Positions 1 through 14,942 of a stretch of DNA of 64,000 nt are shown one piece after another. The stretch comes from Eledone cirrhosa (Eukaryota). The translations under genes were made by a program, and so were the position numbers. The notes under the pieces are model-generated. The model ran no database searches and was not told where the DNA came from. It saw nothing but the letters and a program-made list of their open reading frames with translations. The stretch's first letter is position 1, and every line of letters starts with the position of its first letter. Where the stretch lies: contig OZ024741.1 in NCBI GenBank assembly GCA_964016885.1, positions 272,738,001 to 272,802,000 of the forward strand. Reading direction: 5' to 3'.

Positions 1-3000
1 ACCATTATAACAAATACCATTATAACAAATACCATTATAACAAATACCATTATAATGAATACCATTATAACAAATACCATTATAACAAATACCATTATAA
101 CAAATACCATTATAACAAATACCATTATAATGAATACCATTATAATGAATACCATTATAACAAATACCATTATAACAAATACCATTATAACAAATACCAT
201 TATAATGAATACCATTATAATGAATACCATTATAACAAATACCATTATAACAAATACCATTATAACAAATACCATTATGATGAATACCATTACAATGAAT
301 ACCATTATAATGAATACCATTATAACAAATACCATTATAACAAATACCATTATAACAAATACCATTATAATGAATACCATTATAATGAATACCATTATAA
401 CAAATACCATTATAACAAATACCATTATAACAAATACCATTATAATGAATACCATTATAACAAATACCATTATAACAAATACCATTATAACAAATACCAT
501 TATAATGAATACCATTATAATGAATACCATTATAACAAATACCATTATAACAAATACCATTATAATGAATACCATTATAATGAATACCATTATAACAAAT
601 ACCATTATAACAAATACCATTATAACAAATACCATTATAACAAATACCATTATAATGAATACCATTATAATGAATACCATTATAATGAATACCATTATAA
701 TGAATACCATTATAACAAATACCATTATAACAAATACCATTATAACAAATACCATTATAACAAATACCATTATAACAAATATCATTATGACAAATACCAT
801 TATAATGAATACCATTATAACAAATACCATTATAATGAATACCATTATAACAAATACCATTATAACAAATACCATTATAACAAATACCATTATAACAAAT
901 ACCATTATAACAAATACCATTATAACGAATACCATTATAACAAATACCATTCTAACAAATACCATTATAACAAATACCATTATAACAAATACCATTATAA
1001 CAAATACCATTATAATGAATACCATTATAACAAATACCATTATAACAAATACCATTATAACAAATACTATTATAACAAATACCATTATAACAAATACCAT
1101 TATAACAAATACCATTATAATGAATACCATTATAACAAATACCATTATAATGAATACCATTATAACAAATACCATTATAACAAATACCATTATAACAAAT
1201 ACCATTATAATGAATACCATTATAACAAATACCATTATAACAAATACCATTATAACAAATACCATTATAATGAATACCATTATAACAAATACCATTATAA
1301 CAAATACCATTATAACTAATACCATTATAATGAATTCCATTATAACAAATACCATTATAATGAATACGATTATAACAAATACCATTATAACAAATACCAT
1401 TATAACAAATACCATTATAACAAATACCATTATAATGAATACCATTATAACAAATACCATTATAATGAATACCATTATAACAAATACCATTATAACAAAT
1501 ACCATTATAACAAATACCATTATAACAAATACCATTATAATGAATACCATTATAACAAATACCATTATAACAAATACCATTATAACAAATACCATTATAA
1601 TGAATACCATTATAACAAATACTATTATAATGAATACCATTATAACAAATACCATTATAACAAATACCATTATAACAAATACCATTATAACAAATACCAT
1701 TATAACAAATACCATTATAATGTATACCATTATAACAAATACCATTATAACAAATACCGTTATAACAAATACCATTATAATGAATACCATTATAACAAAT
1801 ACCATTATAACAAATACCATTATAACAAATACCATTATAACAAATACCATTATAATGAATACCATTATAATGAATACCATTATAACAAATACCATTATAA
1901 CAAATACCATTATAACAAATACCATTATAATGAATACCATTATAATGAATACCATTATAACAAATACCATTATAACAAATACCATTATAACAAATACCAT
2001 TATGATGAATACCATTACAATGAATACCATTATAATGAATACCATTATAACAAATACCATTATAACAAATACCATTATAACAAATACCATTATAATGAAT
2101 ACCATTATAATGAATACCATTATAACAAATACCATTATAACAAATACCATTATAACAAATACCATTATAATGAATACCATTATAACAAATACCATTATAA
2201 CAAATACCATTATAACAAATACCATTATAATGAATACCATTATAATGAATACCATTATAACAAATACCATTATAACAAATACCATTATAATGAATACCAT
2301 TATAATGAATACCATTATAACAAATACCATTATAACAAATACCATTATAACAAATACCATTATAACAAATACCATTATAATGAATACCATTATAATGAAT
2401 ACCATTATAATGAATACCATTATAATGAATACCATTATAACAAATACCATTATAACAAATACCATTATAACAAATACCATTATAATGAATACCATTATAA
2501 CAAATACCATTATAACAAATACCATTATAACAAATACCATTATAACAAATACCATTATAATGAATACCATTATAACAAATACTATTATAATGAATACCAT
2601 TATAACAAATACCATTATAACAAATACCATTATAACAAATACCATTATAACAAATACCATTATATTGAATACCATTATAACAAATACCATTATAACAAAT
2701 ACCATTATAACAAATACCATTATAATGTATACCATTATAACAAATACCATTATAACAAATACCATTATAACAAATACCATTATAATGAATACCATTATAA
2801 CAAATACCATTATAACAAATACCATTATAACAAATACCATTATAACAAATACCATTATAATGAATACCATTATAACAAATACCATTATAATGAATACATT
2901 ATAATGAATACCATTATAACAAATACCATTATAACAAATTCCATTATAATGAATACCATTATAACAAATACCATTATAATGAATACCATTATAATGAATA

Positions 3001-5372
3001 CCATTATAACAAATACCATTATAACAAATACCATTATAATGAATACCATTATAACAAATACCATTATAACAAATACCATTATAATGAATACCATTATAAC
3101 AAATACCATTATAACAAATACCATTATAATGAATACCATTATAACAAATACCATTATAACAAATACCATCATAACAAATACCATTATAATGAATACCATT
3201 ATAACAAATACCATTATAACAAATACCATTATAACAAATACCATTATAACAAATACCATTATAACAAATACCATTATAACAAATACCATTATAACAAATA
3301 CCATTATAATGAATACCATTATAACAAATACCATTATAACAAATACCATTATAACAAATACCATTATAATGAATACCATTATAACAAATACCATTATAAC
3401 AAATACCATTATAACAAATACCATTATAATGAATACCATTATAATGAATACCATTATAACAAATACCATTACAACAAATACCATTATAACAAATACCATT
3501 ATAATGAATACCATTATAACAAATACCATTATAACAAATACCATTATAACAAATACCATTATAATGAATACCATTATAACAAATACCATTATAATGAATA
3601 CCATTATAACAAATACCATTATAACAAATACCATTATAACAAATACCATTATAACAAATACCATTATAATGAATACCATTTTAACAAATACCATTATAAC
3701 AAATATCATTATAATGAATACCATTATAACAAATACCATTATAACAAATACCATTATAACAAATACCATTATAATGAATACCATTATAACAAATACCATT
3801 ATAACAAATACCATTATAACAAATACCATTATAATGAATACCATTATAACAAATACCATTATAACAAATACCATTATAACAAATACCATTATAATGAATA
3901 CCATTATAACAAATACCATTATAACAAATACCATTATAACAAATACCTTTATAATGAATACCATTATAACAAATACCATTATAACAAATACCATTATAAC
4001 AAATACCATTATAACAAATACCATTATAACAAATACCATTATAATGAATACCATTATAACAAATACCATTATAACAAATACCATTATAATGAATACCATT
4101 ATAACAAATACCATTATAACAAATACCATTATAATGAATACCATTATAACAAATACCATTATAACAAATACCATCATAACAAATACCATTATAATGAATA
4201 CCATTATAACAAATACCATTATAATGAATACCATTATAACATATACCATTATAACAAATACCATTATAACAAATACCATTATAACAAATACCATTATAAC
4301 AAATACCATTATAATGAATACCATTATAACAAATACCATTATAACAAATACCATTATAACAAATACCATTATAATGAATACCATTATAACAAATACCATT
4401 ATAACAAATACCATTATAACAAATACCATTATAATGAATACCATTATAATGAATACCATTATAACAAATACCATTACAACAAATACCATTATAATGAATA
4501 CCATTATAACAAATACCATTATAATGAATACCATTATAACAAATACCATTATAACAAATACCATTATAACAAATACCATTATAACAAATACCATTATAAT
4601 GAATACCATTTTAACAAATACCATTATAACAAATACCATTATAATGAATACCATTATAACAAATACCATTATAACAAATACCATTATAACAACTACCATT
4701 ATAACAAATACCATTATAATGAATACCATTATAACAAATACCATTATAACAAATACCATTATAACAAATACCATTATAATGAATACCATTATAACAAATA
4801 CCATTATAACAAATACCATTATAACAAATACCATTATAACAAATACCATTATAACAAATACCATTATAATGAATACCATTTTAACAAATACCATTATAAC
4901 AAATACCATTATAATGAATACCATTATAACAAATACCATTATAACAAATACCATTATAATGAATACCATTATAACAAATACCATTATAACAAATACCATT
5001 ATAACAAATACCATTATAACAAATACCATTATAACAAATACCATTATAACAAATACCATTATAACAAATACCATTATAATGAATACCATTATAACAAATA
5101 CCATTATAACAAATACCATTATAACAAATACTATTATAACAAATACCATTATAACAAATACCATTATAACAAATACCATTATAACAAATACCATTATAAT
5201 GAATACCATTATAACAAATACCATTATAACAAATACCATTATAACAAATACCATTATAATGAATACCATTATAACAAATACCATTATAACAAATACCATT
5301 ATAACAAATACCATTATAACAAATACCATTATAATGAATACCATTATAATGAATACATTATAATGAATACCA
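1..5372. repeat. 15-bp tandem satellite, two alternating variants (AAATACCATTATAAC / GAATACCATTATAAT); continues off the left edge
   Basis: Perfect 15-nt periodicity across more than 5 kb; rare variants and a 1-bp deletion near 2896; a few more units at 5552-5610. Confidence 0.98.
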
Positions 5373-5374
5373 TT

Positions 5375-5560
5375 GGATTGGCAGTATCGGTAGAGGGTCG
5401 GACGCCATCCTTTGAAGCATAGAGTTACCGCCCTGTATTCTCTGAGTTCAAATCCCGCCGAGGTTAACTCTGCCATTCATCCTTACGGGGTCGATAAAAT
5501 AAAGTACCAGTAATGTTCTGGGTTATTGCTGGCCTTGTGCCAAAAGTAGAAACAATTATA
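5375..5560 (+). mobile_element. SINE (B-box GAGTTCAAATCC plus Nin-domain-like core)
   Basis: GAGTTCAAATCCCGCCGAGGTTAACT...CATCCTTACGGGGTCGATAAAATAAAGTACCAGT; the same sequence recurs at ~57000-57150, ~58950-59065 and ~59550-59760. A reverse partial copy lies at 5635-5716. Confidence 0.75.
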
Positions 5561-6015
5561 ACAAATACCATTATAACGAATACCATTATACTGAATACAT
5601 TATAATGAAATGTTTTTCAATCCCTGAGGTAATAACTGTTTCTACTTTTGGCACAAGGCCACCAAATTACCCAGTACATTACTGGTACTTTTATTTTATC
5701 GACCTCGTAAGGATGAAAACAAACACTTGATTTGTTTACGTCGATCTCATTATAAAGAATTTTTCGTTACAATTGTTTTTATACCCTGTGAATTTCGAAA
5801 ACAGAATTCCACTGTATAGGATTGTTTATGTTTAATATGTTAATTTCAATTGAAATTAAGTTGGTGTTTGGAACATAACTTAACAAAAGTCCTGACATAA
5901 AATTATGATGGAAGGTTTTTTTAAAATAAATAAATATAAACACTTTAAAATAAACATCTTTGTACTGCAGAACCAATGTTGATTTTGGGTGGTTTTGTAT
6001 TACCAAAAGTCTTAA

Positions 6016-9000
6016 CCCTTTAGCATTTGAACTGGCTGTATCATGCAAGAATTGTCTCACCTCTTTCTGTTCAAACCAACTGTATCTGGCTTAGAATTCT
6101 CTCACCTTTTTCTGTTCAAACCGACTGTATCTGGTTTAGAATTCTCTCATCTTTTTCTGTTCAACCCAACTGTATTCGGCCAGAATTCTCTTCAAACCAG
6201 CTATAACTAGCAGCTCATACATTTTTGAAGATAAATAACATCAAAATCTTGTAGATTCAATATTATGTGAGATAATTATGTGAGGTAAAGACTTTACCAT
6301 GAAAATATAATAGTATCATCATCATCATCATCGTTTAACGTCCATGTTCCACACTTGCATGGGTTTGGATGGGAGTTTTCCCACTTGAGGCAAGAGTGGT
6401 TGTCATTGTTCGCATAGGACTGTCTGGCGGGTTTTCTACAGCTGGATGCCCTTCCTAACACCAACCACATTTACAGTGTGGGGCTGGGAGGTTTTTACCG
6501 CGTTGCCTACACGGCCACATTACAGCGTGGACTGTGTGTTTTTTTTGTCGTGGCACCTACACGATCTCATTTGTTTCGGCCTGGATGTTGTGGCACCAAC
6601 ATAACTTTACATTGAAAAGGGGCGGTGTGGATGGGGTGGGGGTGGTGGGACGGGGGTGTATTTTGTTAGAGATGCCTACTGACTGTAGTAGGTTTTACTT
6701 TGTATTTAGGTAAGGCGGGTCTTCTCTATTACTGAGTACTGCCAAAGGTCTCGGTCCAGTGACATTGTCTTGGAGAGGTGTAAGTGTGTGAGGTCGGAAT
6801 TTATCAGCTCGTCCCAGGTTTTTCTGGGTCTGCCTACTCCGTGGCTACCGTCTATCTTTATTGCCCTGCACTTTGTTATACAGCTGTCGTCTTTCATGCG
6901 CATCACGTGACCATACCAATGTAGCCTTCTCTCGAGTAAACAACATCTGATCCCTCTTATTTCTAATTTTTTCCTTAGTTCGTTTATGCTTTGCCGTTCA
7001 CGTATATTACTATTACACATCCAACGGAGCATGCAAGCTTCGTTCCTCTCTAGTCTGCGTATATCCTCTGCACACAATGCCCAGGTCTCACTGCCATGCA
7101 ACATTGCTGTTCGTATGCAGGCACCATACAACCTGCCTTTCATTTTTAGGGAGAACCCTCTAGCGGCTAATAGTGGTATAAGCTCTCTGAACTTTTTCCA
7201 TCCAGTTCTGACTCTAGCTACTGTACTTTCAGAGCACCCTCCCCCACTGCTGATTTTGTCACCCAGGTAACGGAAGCTGTCCACTATTTCTATAGAACCC
7301 TCTGCGCAATTGAAAGAGCTAGTATTTTGTGGGCACTTGCTGCTACTTATTGCAACAGAGCACCGGCCACATGTAAAATCTATGTTCTTAGTTAGCTTAC
7401 CTGTGATCCCACTACATCTTTTATGCACCCATACTTTGCATTTGGGACATAAAATGGAGTTTCTACCTACGCCTTTCCTACACACTGAGCATGGCCACTT
7501 CCCGGAAGGGACCTCCGCCTTATTTTCTTTCTTACAAACTAGAACTTTAGTCTTAGCCAGGTTAATTTTAAGGCCTTTTGATTCTAGGCCGTGCTTCCAT
7601 GTTTGGAATTTCTTCCCTAGCTCGGCCATTGATTCAGCTATGAGCGTTAGATCATCTGCGTATAGGAGTTCCCATGGGCAGCCGGTCTTGAACTCCTCTG
7701 TTATAGCTTGAAGGGCAATAATAAATAGTAGGGGCCTAAGAACAGAGCCCTGATGGACACCAACTTTTACGCTAAACTCTTCACTATATTCGTTGTTAAT
7801 TCTAACCTTGCTGACTGTTTCTTTATACATGGCTTGTATAGCTCTCACAAGCCATTCGTCAACACCTAGTTTTCTAAGAGCCCACCAGATAATGGAACAG
7901 GGGACTCTGTCGAAGGCTTTCTCCAAGTCGACAAAAGCTAAGTATAGGGGTTTACTTTTAGCTAGGTACTTTTAGCTAGGTAGTATGTCGTATAATGAAA
8001 AGAGCGCCTGTGGTACTTTTGCCTGACACAAACCTGAACTGCATTTCATCTAGATCAATTCTCTCTCTGATTAGATGCGCTATTACTTTTTCCGTGACCT
8101 TCATGACCTGGTCGATTAATTTAATGCCTCTATAGTTACTCCTATCTAGGGCATCTCCTTTACCCTTATAACAGTTAATGATGATGCTGCTATGCCAGTC
8201 CTTCGGAACAACCCCATTCTGTACGACTTGGTTTACTATCCGGGTGACCATGGTGTGTCCCACCGTTCCAGACGCCTTCAGCATCTCAGCAACTATTTCC
8301 GAAGGCCCAGCCACCTTACCCGTCTTCATATCTTTGATTGCCTTACTTATTATACTACCCTCGACTAACACTGCTGGTCCCTCTATTGGGTCGTAGTGGG
8401 GGAGACTGTCTTTCTCCCATTTATTCTCCTCATTTAGTAGCCTTTCGTAGTGACACTTCCAAGCTACCTTCTTATCAGCGTCGGTGATGGCAAGTACGCC
8501 ATCATCATTAAGTACACACTTCTCCCCGACAATATCACGGTTTTCCTTGACACATTGCCTAGCAATCCTGAACACCTCATGTTTTTGGTCCTCGCGTTGT
8601 AGAACATGCTTGAACTTTCTTACCTCTGCTTCCCTTCTTGCGAAGTACACTTGTCTCCTAGCTTCCCTCCTGGCCACTTGATAGTCTTCTCTACTTCCCC
8701 CATCCCGCCATACTTTCCAAGCCTGCTTTTTGGCCTTAATTGACCCCTCCACCTTACTGTTCCACCACCATGTTACTCTCCTCCTGCCTACAGGCCTGCT
8801 CCAGCCACAGACTTCGTCTGCCGCCATCAGCAGGTTTGCTTTCAGGAATTCCCACTGTTCCTCTATATTGTACGACTCTAATTGCTCTTCCTTACTGTCG
8901 AAAGCATCAGGTAGTATGCTTTTAAATTTATTCCTGGCTGTGGGGTCCTTTAGCTTCCATATTTTTCTCCTGAGGATAGTCCTCTTCTGCTGTCGAGTAC

Positions 9001-9739
9001 GTCTCGTCCTGACTAGTAGGTCGCTAATTATCAGTCTATGTTGGGAGGTGCATTCTTCATGGGGGAGGGATTTAGTGTTTACAACAGACACTCTGTCACG
9101 TCTTCTGGTAAGGATATAATCTACCTGGCTTGTGTGTTCCCCCGATCTATAGGTGATCAGGTGATTGTCTTGTTTTTTGAAGTTAGTGTTACAGATAGTT
9201 AGGTTATTTGCGTCACAGAATTCCAGGATTCTGGAGCCTTCCTCATTTCTAGTATATATAGAGTAATGTAAATGTTATGTGAGATATTATGTGAGATAAT
9301 TATGTGTGATAAAAACTTTACCATGAAAATATAATAGTATAGAGTAATGTAAATGTTATGTGAGATGTTATGTGAGATAATTATGTAAAATAAAGACTTT
9401 ACCATGAAAATATAATAGTATATATATATAGAGAGTAATGTAAATGTTATGTGAGGCATTATGTGATATAAAGACTTTACCATGAAAATATAATAGTATA
9501 TATAGAGTAATGTAAATGTTATGTGAGATATGTGAGATAAAGACTTTACCATGAAAATATAATAGTATATATAGAGTAATATAAATTTTATGTGAGATAT
9601 TATGTGAGGTAAAGACTTTACCATGAAAATATGATAGTATATATAGAGTAATGTAAATGTTATGTGAGATATTATGTGAGGTAAAGACTTTGCCATGAAA
9701 ATATGATAGTATATATAGAGTAATGTAAATGTTAAAGGG
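6016..9739. mobile_element. piggyBac-type non-autonomous element (MITE) with internal minisatellites, interrupted by a LINE
   Basis: TTAA|CCCTTTAGCATTT at 6012-6028 and AAATGTTAAAGGG|TTAA at 9727-9743 (TIR plus TTAA TSD). The internal ~78-bp repeat stops at 6316 and resumes at ~9250. Confidence 0.8.
6317..9198 (-). mobile_element. 5'-truncated RTE-like LINE (end of APE, RT with a PHD-like Cys-rich insert, 3' UTR ending in (GAT)n)
   Basis: ORFs 7976-9091 and 6706-7926 carry NYRGIKL, EKAFD, GVHQGS, LLYADD, FRYLG and GRPRKTW; a break near 7970 separates them. Tail reads (CAT)n on + at 6317. Confidence 0.92.
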
Positions 9740-9785
9740 TTAATGAATTTTTTTAAAACAAATTAAATTGTATCTCTCTGTTTAG

Positions 9786-9954
9786 GTAACTTTGCTTGGG
9801 TATCCATACCATCCAATTGAGGAAGACTGTGTACCCGATGAAAAAAAGGGGACTGTTGACGATGCTAATCCATACAGCCAAGTGATTTGTGAAGAGAAGT
9901 GTAGAGTGGATTTTATTATTCGTCTTTGTAACTGTTCACCAAGTTTCTCAAGTG
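9786..9954 (+). CDS. DEG/ENaC/ASIC-like channel, internal exon A (cysteine-rich thumb region)
   Basis: Acceptor ctctgtttag, donor gtgagt. Translates VTLLGYPYHPIEEDC...PYSQVICEEKCRVDFIIRLCNCSP, matching the DEG/ENaC YS-x3-C-x3-C-x7-C-x-C pattern. Phase 0 to 1. Confidence 0.85.
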
Positions 9955-9974
9955 GTGAGTATAGAATATATACA

Positions 9975-11590
9975 CACTTGCATACATACATATACATACA
10001 TACATGCACACACACACACACACACACATAAACATACATACACATACATACACATACATGCACACACACATACAGGCACATGTACATACACATACATACA
10101 TGCACACACACATGCACATACACATACATACAGGCACACGTACATACACATACATGCTTACATGCACACACACACACATGCACATACACATACAGGCACA
10201 CGTACATACACATATATACTTACATGCACACACATACACATATATAGGCATACACACATACACATGTACATATGCATGCAAACATGCACACACATATATA
10301 GGCATACACACATACATGCAGACACATGCATCCACATACAGGCAAACACATACATATAATACATACATGCACACACACCTACACATACAGGCAAACGTAC
10401 ATACATGCACACATACACATACATACGTGCACACGTGCATACAGCCATATATATATACACATACACATACACGTACAGGCACACACATATAGACATACAT
10501 GCACACACATACATGTGCAAACATACACATACATGCACACATACACACACACATACATATACATGCACACACACATATATATACACATGTGAAAACACAC
10601 ACATACATGCACATGTGCACACAAATACATACATGCACACATATACACACACATATACATACACATGTGAAAACACACACATACACATGTGCACACACAC
10701 ATACACATACATGCACACATATACATACACATGTGAAAACACACACATACATGCACATATGCACACACACATACACAACAATGCACACATGCACACACAC
10801 ACATGCACACACACACATATACATACACATTTGAAAACACATCCACACATGCACGTGTGCACACACATGCAGACACATACATGCACACACGCACACATAT
10901 ACATACACATGTGAAAACACACACATACATGCACATGTACATCCACACATACACATCCATGGACACATATACACACACACATATACATACACATGTGAAA
11001 ACACACAAACATACGTGCACATGTGTACACACACATACATATACATGCACACATATATACATACATATACATACACATGTGAAAACACACAAACATACGT
11101 GTACATGTGCACACACACATACACATACATGCACACATATACAGACACATGTGAAAACACACACTTACATGCACACACACACACATATACATACACATGT
11201 GAAAACACACAAACATATGTGCACATGTGCACACACACACATACACATACATGCACACATATACAGACACATGTGAAAACACACACTTACATGCACACAC
11301 ACACACATATACATACACATGTGAAAACACACAAACATATGTGCACATGTGCACACACACACATACACATACATGCACACATATACAGACACATGTGAAA
11401 ACACACACTTACATGCACACACACACACATATACATACACATGTGAAAACACACAAACATATGTGCACATGTGCACACACACACATACACATACATGCAC
11501 ACATATACAGACACATGTGAAAACACACACTTACATGCACACACACATATACATACACATGTGAAAACACACACACACACACACATATGA
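9975..11590. repeat. (CA/TACA)-rich degenerate microsatellite with a 122-bp higher-order unit in its 3' part
   Basis: ATGTGAAAACACAC recurs; near-identical 122-nt blocks at ~11100-11560. Confidence 0.9.
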
Positions 11591-12039
11591 CAAACAATGT
11601 ACATATAGCATTTCTTTCTTATTTTTAATTAAAGATATTTCTTATGACTTTCAATTAATTTCCATGTTGGGTGTGATTTAGTAACACAAGTAACTCTTGT
11701 TTTCTTTTTCTTTATCAAAGTGTTCTGCAGTAACAACGGTAATTATTCACATTCTGTCTTCGTCAACATCTAAAACATAAACATACACATACCGACCCTA
11801 ATTTATTATGGAATGATATGCGATGGGACCCCCCCCCCTCCCCACACACACAGCCCCGGCGGTCAGAATGGAGAAGGCGTTTCTCTGGAGGACGGCAAGG
11901 GAGACGCGCTGGAAAAGTCACTCCAACTCACGGGGCTCACACCTGCGGCTGGCCAGCTCAGCACCTATGGTGGCAAGTAGGGAGGTAGCCCTAGGGCCGA
12001 GGACACCAGAAGTCTCCACTGCAAGGGGTACAACCGCAA

Positions 12040-12625
12040 ACCTGTCGGCTCATTGTCAAGCTTGACATGAGGAATGCCTTCAACTGCTTATGCCGGGACC
12101 ATCTGCTCAAAGCCTGCCTCAGCCAAGTCCCCTCTGCCTACCTGCTGGCCTACCTGTTGCATGGAGCCCCGAGCATGTTCCTTGCTGCTGATATGGTCAT
12201 ACCTTCGGCCACTGGGGTCCAACAGGGCGACCCTTTGGGACCCCTCCTGTTTGCCCTTGGTATAGACCACATCACCCGGAGTATCATGGCCCTCTCAACG
12301 TTTGGTATCGGGATGATGCTACGTTGGGTGGGCCCGTACAGACTGTCTGCCATGACCTACAATCGGTGGTTCCTGCTCTGGCAGGAATCAGCCTCCAGGT
12401 CAACTCGGCCAAGTCGGAGGTGGTGAATGTCATCCACGATGCTGAGAGCTTTGCAGTCTCCGTCTCGGACGTGCGGTCCATTCTCCACCAGGTACAGGTG
12501 ACCCCTAAAGAGGATGTCCTCATCCTCGGGTCACCGATCCACCGGCCAGCCATCCGCTCCACCATCAGGTCCAGGCTTCAACAACTCCAAATTCTCATGA
12601 GCCGACTGGGCTTGATGCAGTTCCT
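12040..12625 (+). mobile_element. Degenerate non-LTR RT fragment, CRE-clade-like
   Basis: KLDMRNAFN, SATGVQQGDPLGPLLFALG, then after a frameshift WYRDDATLGG and ILGSPI, resembling the CRE WYLDD signature. Confidence 0.7.
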
Positions 12626-12741
12626 CAACAGAAAGAGGGCTGGGTGGCTGTCGATCAAGCCCCAGTCAGCTCGTGAGAGTCTGGAGTTGTTGAAACCTGG
12701 ACCTGATGGTGGAGTGGATGGCCGGTGGGTGGATTGGTGCA

Positions 12742-12960
12742 CTTTAGCATTTAAACCAGCCATAATTCTCTCACCTCTCACCTCTTTCTGTACAAACCAG
12801 CTGTAACTGGCCACTCTTACTGATGTTAAGGTATTGTTCTCAAAATAAATAATATCAAAATCTCATAGATTTGATATTATGTGAGGTAATTATGTGAGAT
12901 AAAACCTTTACTATGAAAATATAATAGTATATACAGAGTAATATAAATGCTAAAGAGTTA
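12742..12960. mobile_element. Partial second copy of the piggyBac-type MITE at 6016
   Basis: CTTTAGCATTTAAACCAGC...AAATGCTAAAGAG|TTAA with the same internal motifs as 6016-6316 and 9250-9739. Confidence 0.65.
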
Positions 12961-13036
12961 AGTTGATGTTTATGATAGAGGATTGGTAAAGTTGTTAGAA
13001 TGTTGCACAAATGCTTATTTTGCAGTATTTGTTTTG

Positions 13037-13264
13037 CATGGCTTGGTGGTTAGAACATTAGGCTTGCAATCAGGAGGTCGTGAGTTCAATTCTTGGACCA
13101 GGTGGTGCATTGTGTCCTTGAGCAAGACACTTTATTTCATGTTGCTCCAGTTCACTCAGCTGTCGAAATGAGTTGTGATGTCATTGGTACCAAGCTGTAT
13201 CAGCCATTGCCTTTCCCTCGGACAACATCATATATAGTGTATATATAGTATGTATGTGTGTGTG

Positions 13265-13311
<47 letters not shown>

Positions 13312-13440
13312 GACACTTTATTTCACGTTGCTCCAGTTCACTCAGCTGTAGAAAGAGTCGTGACGTCACTGGTATCAAGGTGCATCAGCCATTGCCTCCC
13401 CCTTGGACAACATCGCTGGCATGGATGTTTATGCAGGTGT
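13037..13440 (+). mobile_element. tRNA-derived SINE with partial duplication around a (TA)n tract
   Basis: A box TGGCTTGGTGG, B box GAGTTCAATTC, and body CAAGACACTTTATTTCA...CTCCAGTTCACTCAGCTGT present twice; a related copy lies at ~13957-14290. Confidence 0.75.
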
Positions 13441-13868
13441 AGTGAGCAACATATATTATTCTAGTCATTAGAAAAAGCAAAATGAATGCTTCACCTTCGA
13501 AAGAGTGAAGACTCAAGAAGAAGAAGAAGAGTTTTGTAACCAATGCTGTGTGTAACAAGGAGGAGAGGGTGGGTGTAGATAGCTAAATACCAGGATTTTA
13601 CCAATTCCTTCTTTCTGTACTGGTCAATATTAAGACTTTTGATGTTCTTGAACTGCTGTTTTCTCTCCGCAAAATTTGGAAGAGTGCATCCCACTGTGAG
13701 GTGGGGGGGGGGGGTTGATGCACAACTGAAACTTTAAATGGTATTTAAGTTTTGTAAATTTATGTGACATAATGATTCATTATATATATATTTAAAAAAA
13801 ATTTTTTTTTAAAGAATATTTAATATTTAAAAAAATTTAACTTTTTATTAAAAATGTTATTTTTTAAG

Positions 13869-13925
13869 GAAATAATCTTAAGTGTACATTCCGGGAATAT
13901 ATATCCTGCGAAACTGATGCTACAA
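13869..13925 (+). CDS. DEG/ENaC/ASIC-like channel, 57-bp exon B
   Basis: Acceptor tttttaag, donor gtaagt. Phase 1 to 1 joins exons A and C in frame: GNNLKCTFREYISCETDAT, supplying the expected thumb cysteine pair. Confidence 0.75.
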
Positions 13926-14811
13926 GTAAGTAGTTATGTTCTATATTATTAATGTGAAGGTGTATGGTTTAGTGATTAGAGTGTTGGGTTTGCAATCGTG
14001 AGATTGTGAGTTTGATTCCCTGACTGAGTGATGTGTTGTGTTCTTGAGCAAGACACTTTATTTCATGTTGTTCCAGTTCACTTAGCTGTAAAAATCAGTT
14101 GCAATATCACTGGTGCCAAGCTGTATTGGCCATTGCTTTTCCCTTGGTCAACATCAGTGGCATAGAGAGAGAAAAGTAGTATGCATGGGCGACTGCTGGT
14201 TTTCCACAAACAACCTTGCCCAGACTTGTGCATCAGAGGGAACTTTCTCAGTACAAATCCCATGACTGAAGAGGGTCTTTACCTTACATTATTGATGACA
14301 ATGGCAGCGATGACAACAATTATAGATCATTATCATCATCATCATCATTGTTTAACGTCCATCTTCCACGCTAGCATGGGTTAGACGGTTTTGTTCCATT
14401 TGATGCGGGAATGGTCGGGAGACCGTGTCTCTCTTGTACGGAAGTGTAAATATATAGATATATATATAATTATTACAACAGTGACAAATACAGGTATTTA
14501 AGTTTCGTTGGGTTATAAAATTTAAGCACCTGTATATGTCTCGGTTGTAACTAATTATAATTACGTTGTCCTATTGACTGAGTGCTTTTACCATTGGATA
14601 TTTCTACCAAACTTATACTACTATATATTTCTACCAAACTTATAATACTATATATTTCTACCAAACTTATACTACTATATATTTCTACCAAACTTATACT
14701 ACTATATATAGAGAGAGATGGCAACATGAATGGACCTGTTGTTTTTCTCTAGAAACATTTTTTCCAATTCCACCCCGCCCGTCACTTCAATCTATCTAAT
14801 TTCTCATTCTT

Positions 14812-14847
14812 TCTTCTGATGAAGGACTAGTGTCCGAAACGTTAAGA
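14812..14847 (+). ncRNA. Minimal type I hammerhead ribozyme
   Basis: Stem I TCTT/AAGA; core CTGATGA plus an extra A; stem II GGAC-TAGT-GTCC; GAAA; palindromic stem III (AACGTT); GUU cleavage triplet. Confidence 0.75.
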
Positions 14848-14942
14848 CCCTCTTCCTGCTATTTCAAGCGTTAACCTAATAAATCCCTTCGATATACTGT
14901 ACCGATTGTGTTGTTATTTCTGTTTATATATATATATATATA

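Noticed and set aside
55-5476. Three 800-950 aa ORFs (NTIIT / MVFVI repeats)
   Set aside because: They arise because the 15-bp unit lacks a stop in those frames; a 1-bp deletion breaks the frame and there is no non-repetitive domain.
9782-11604. Many overlapping HT/CV/MY-rich ORFs
   Set aside because: Translations of (CA)/(TG) microsatellite; only 9786-9954 is a credible exon.
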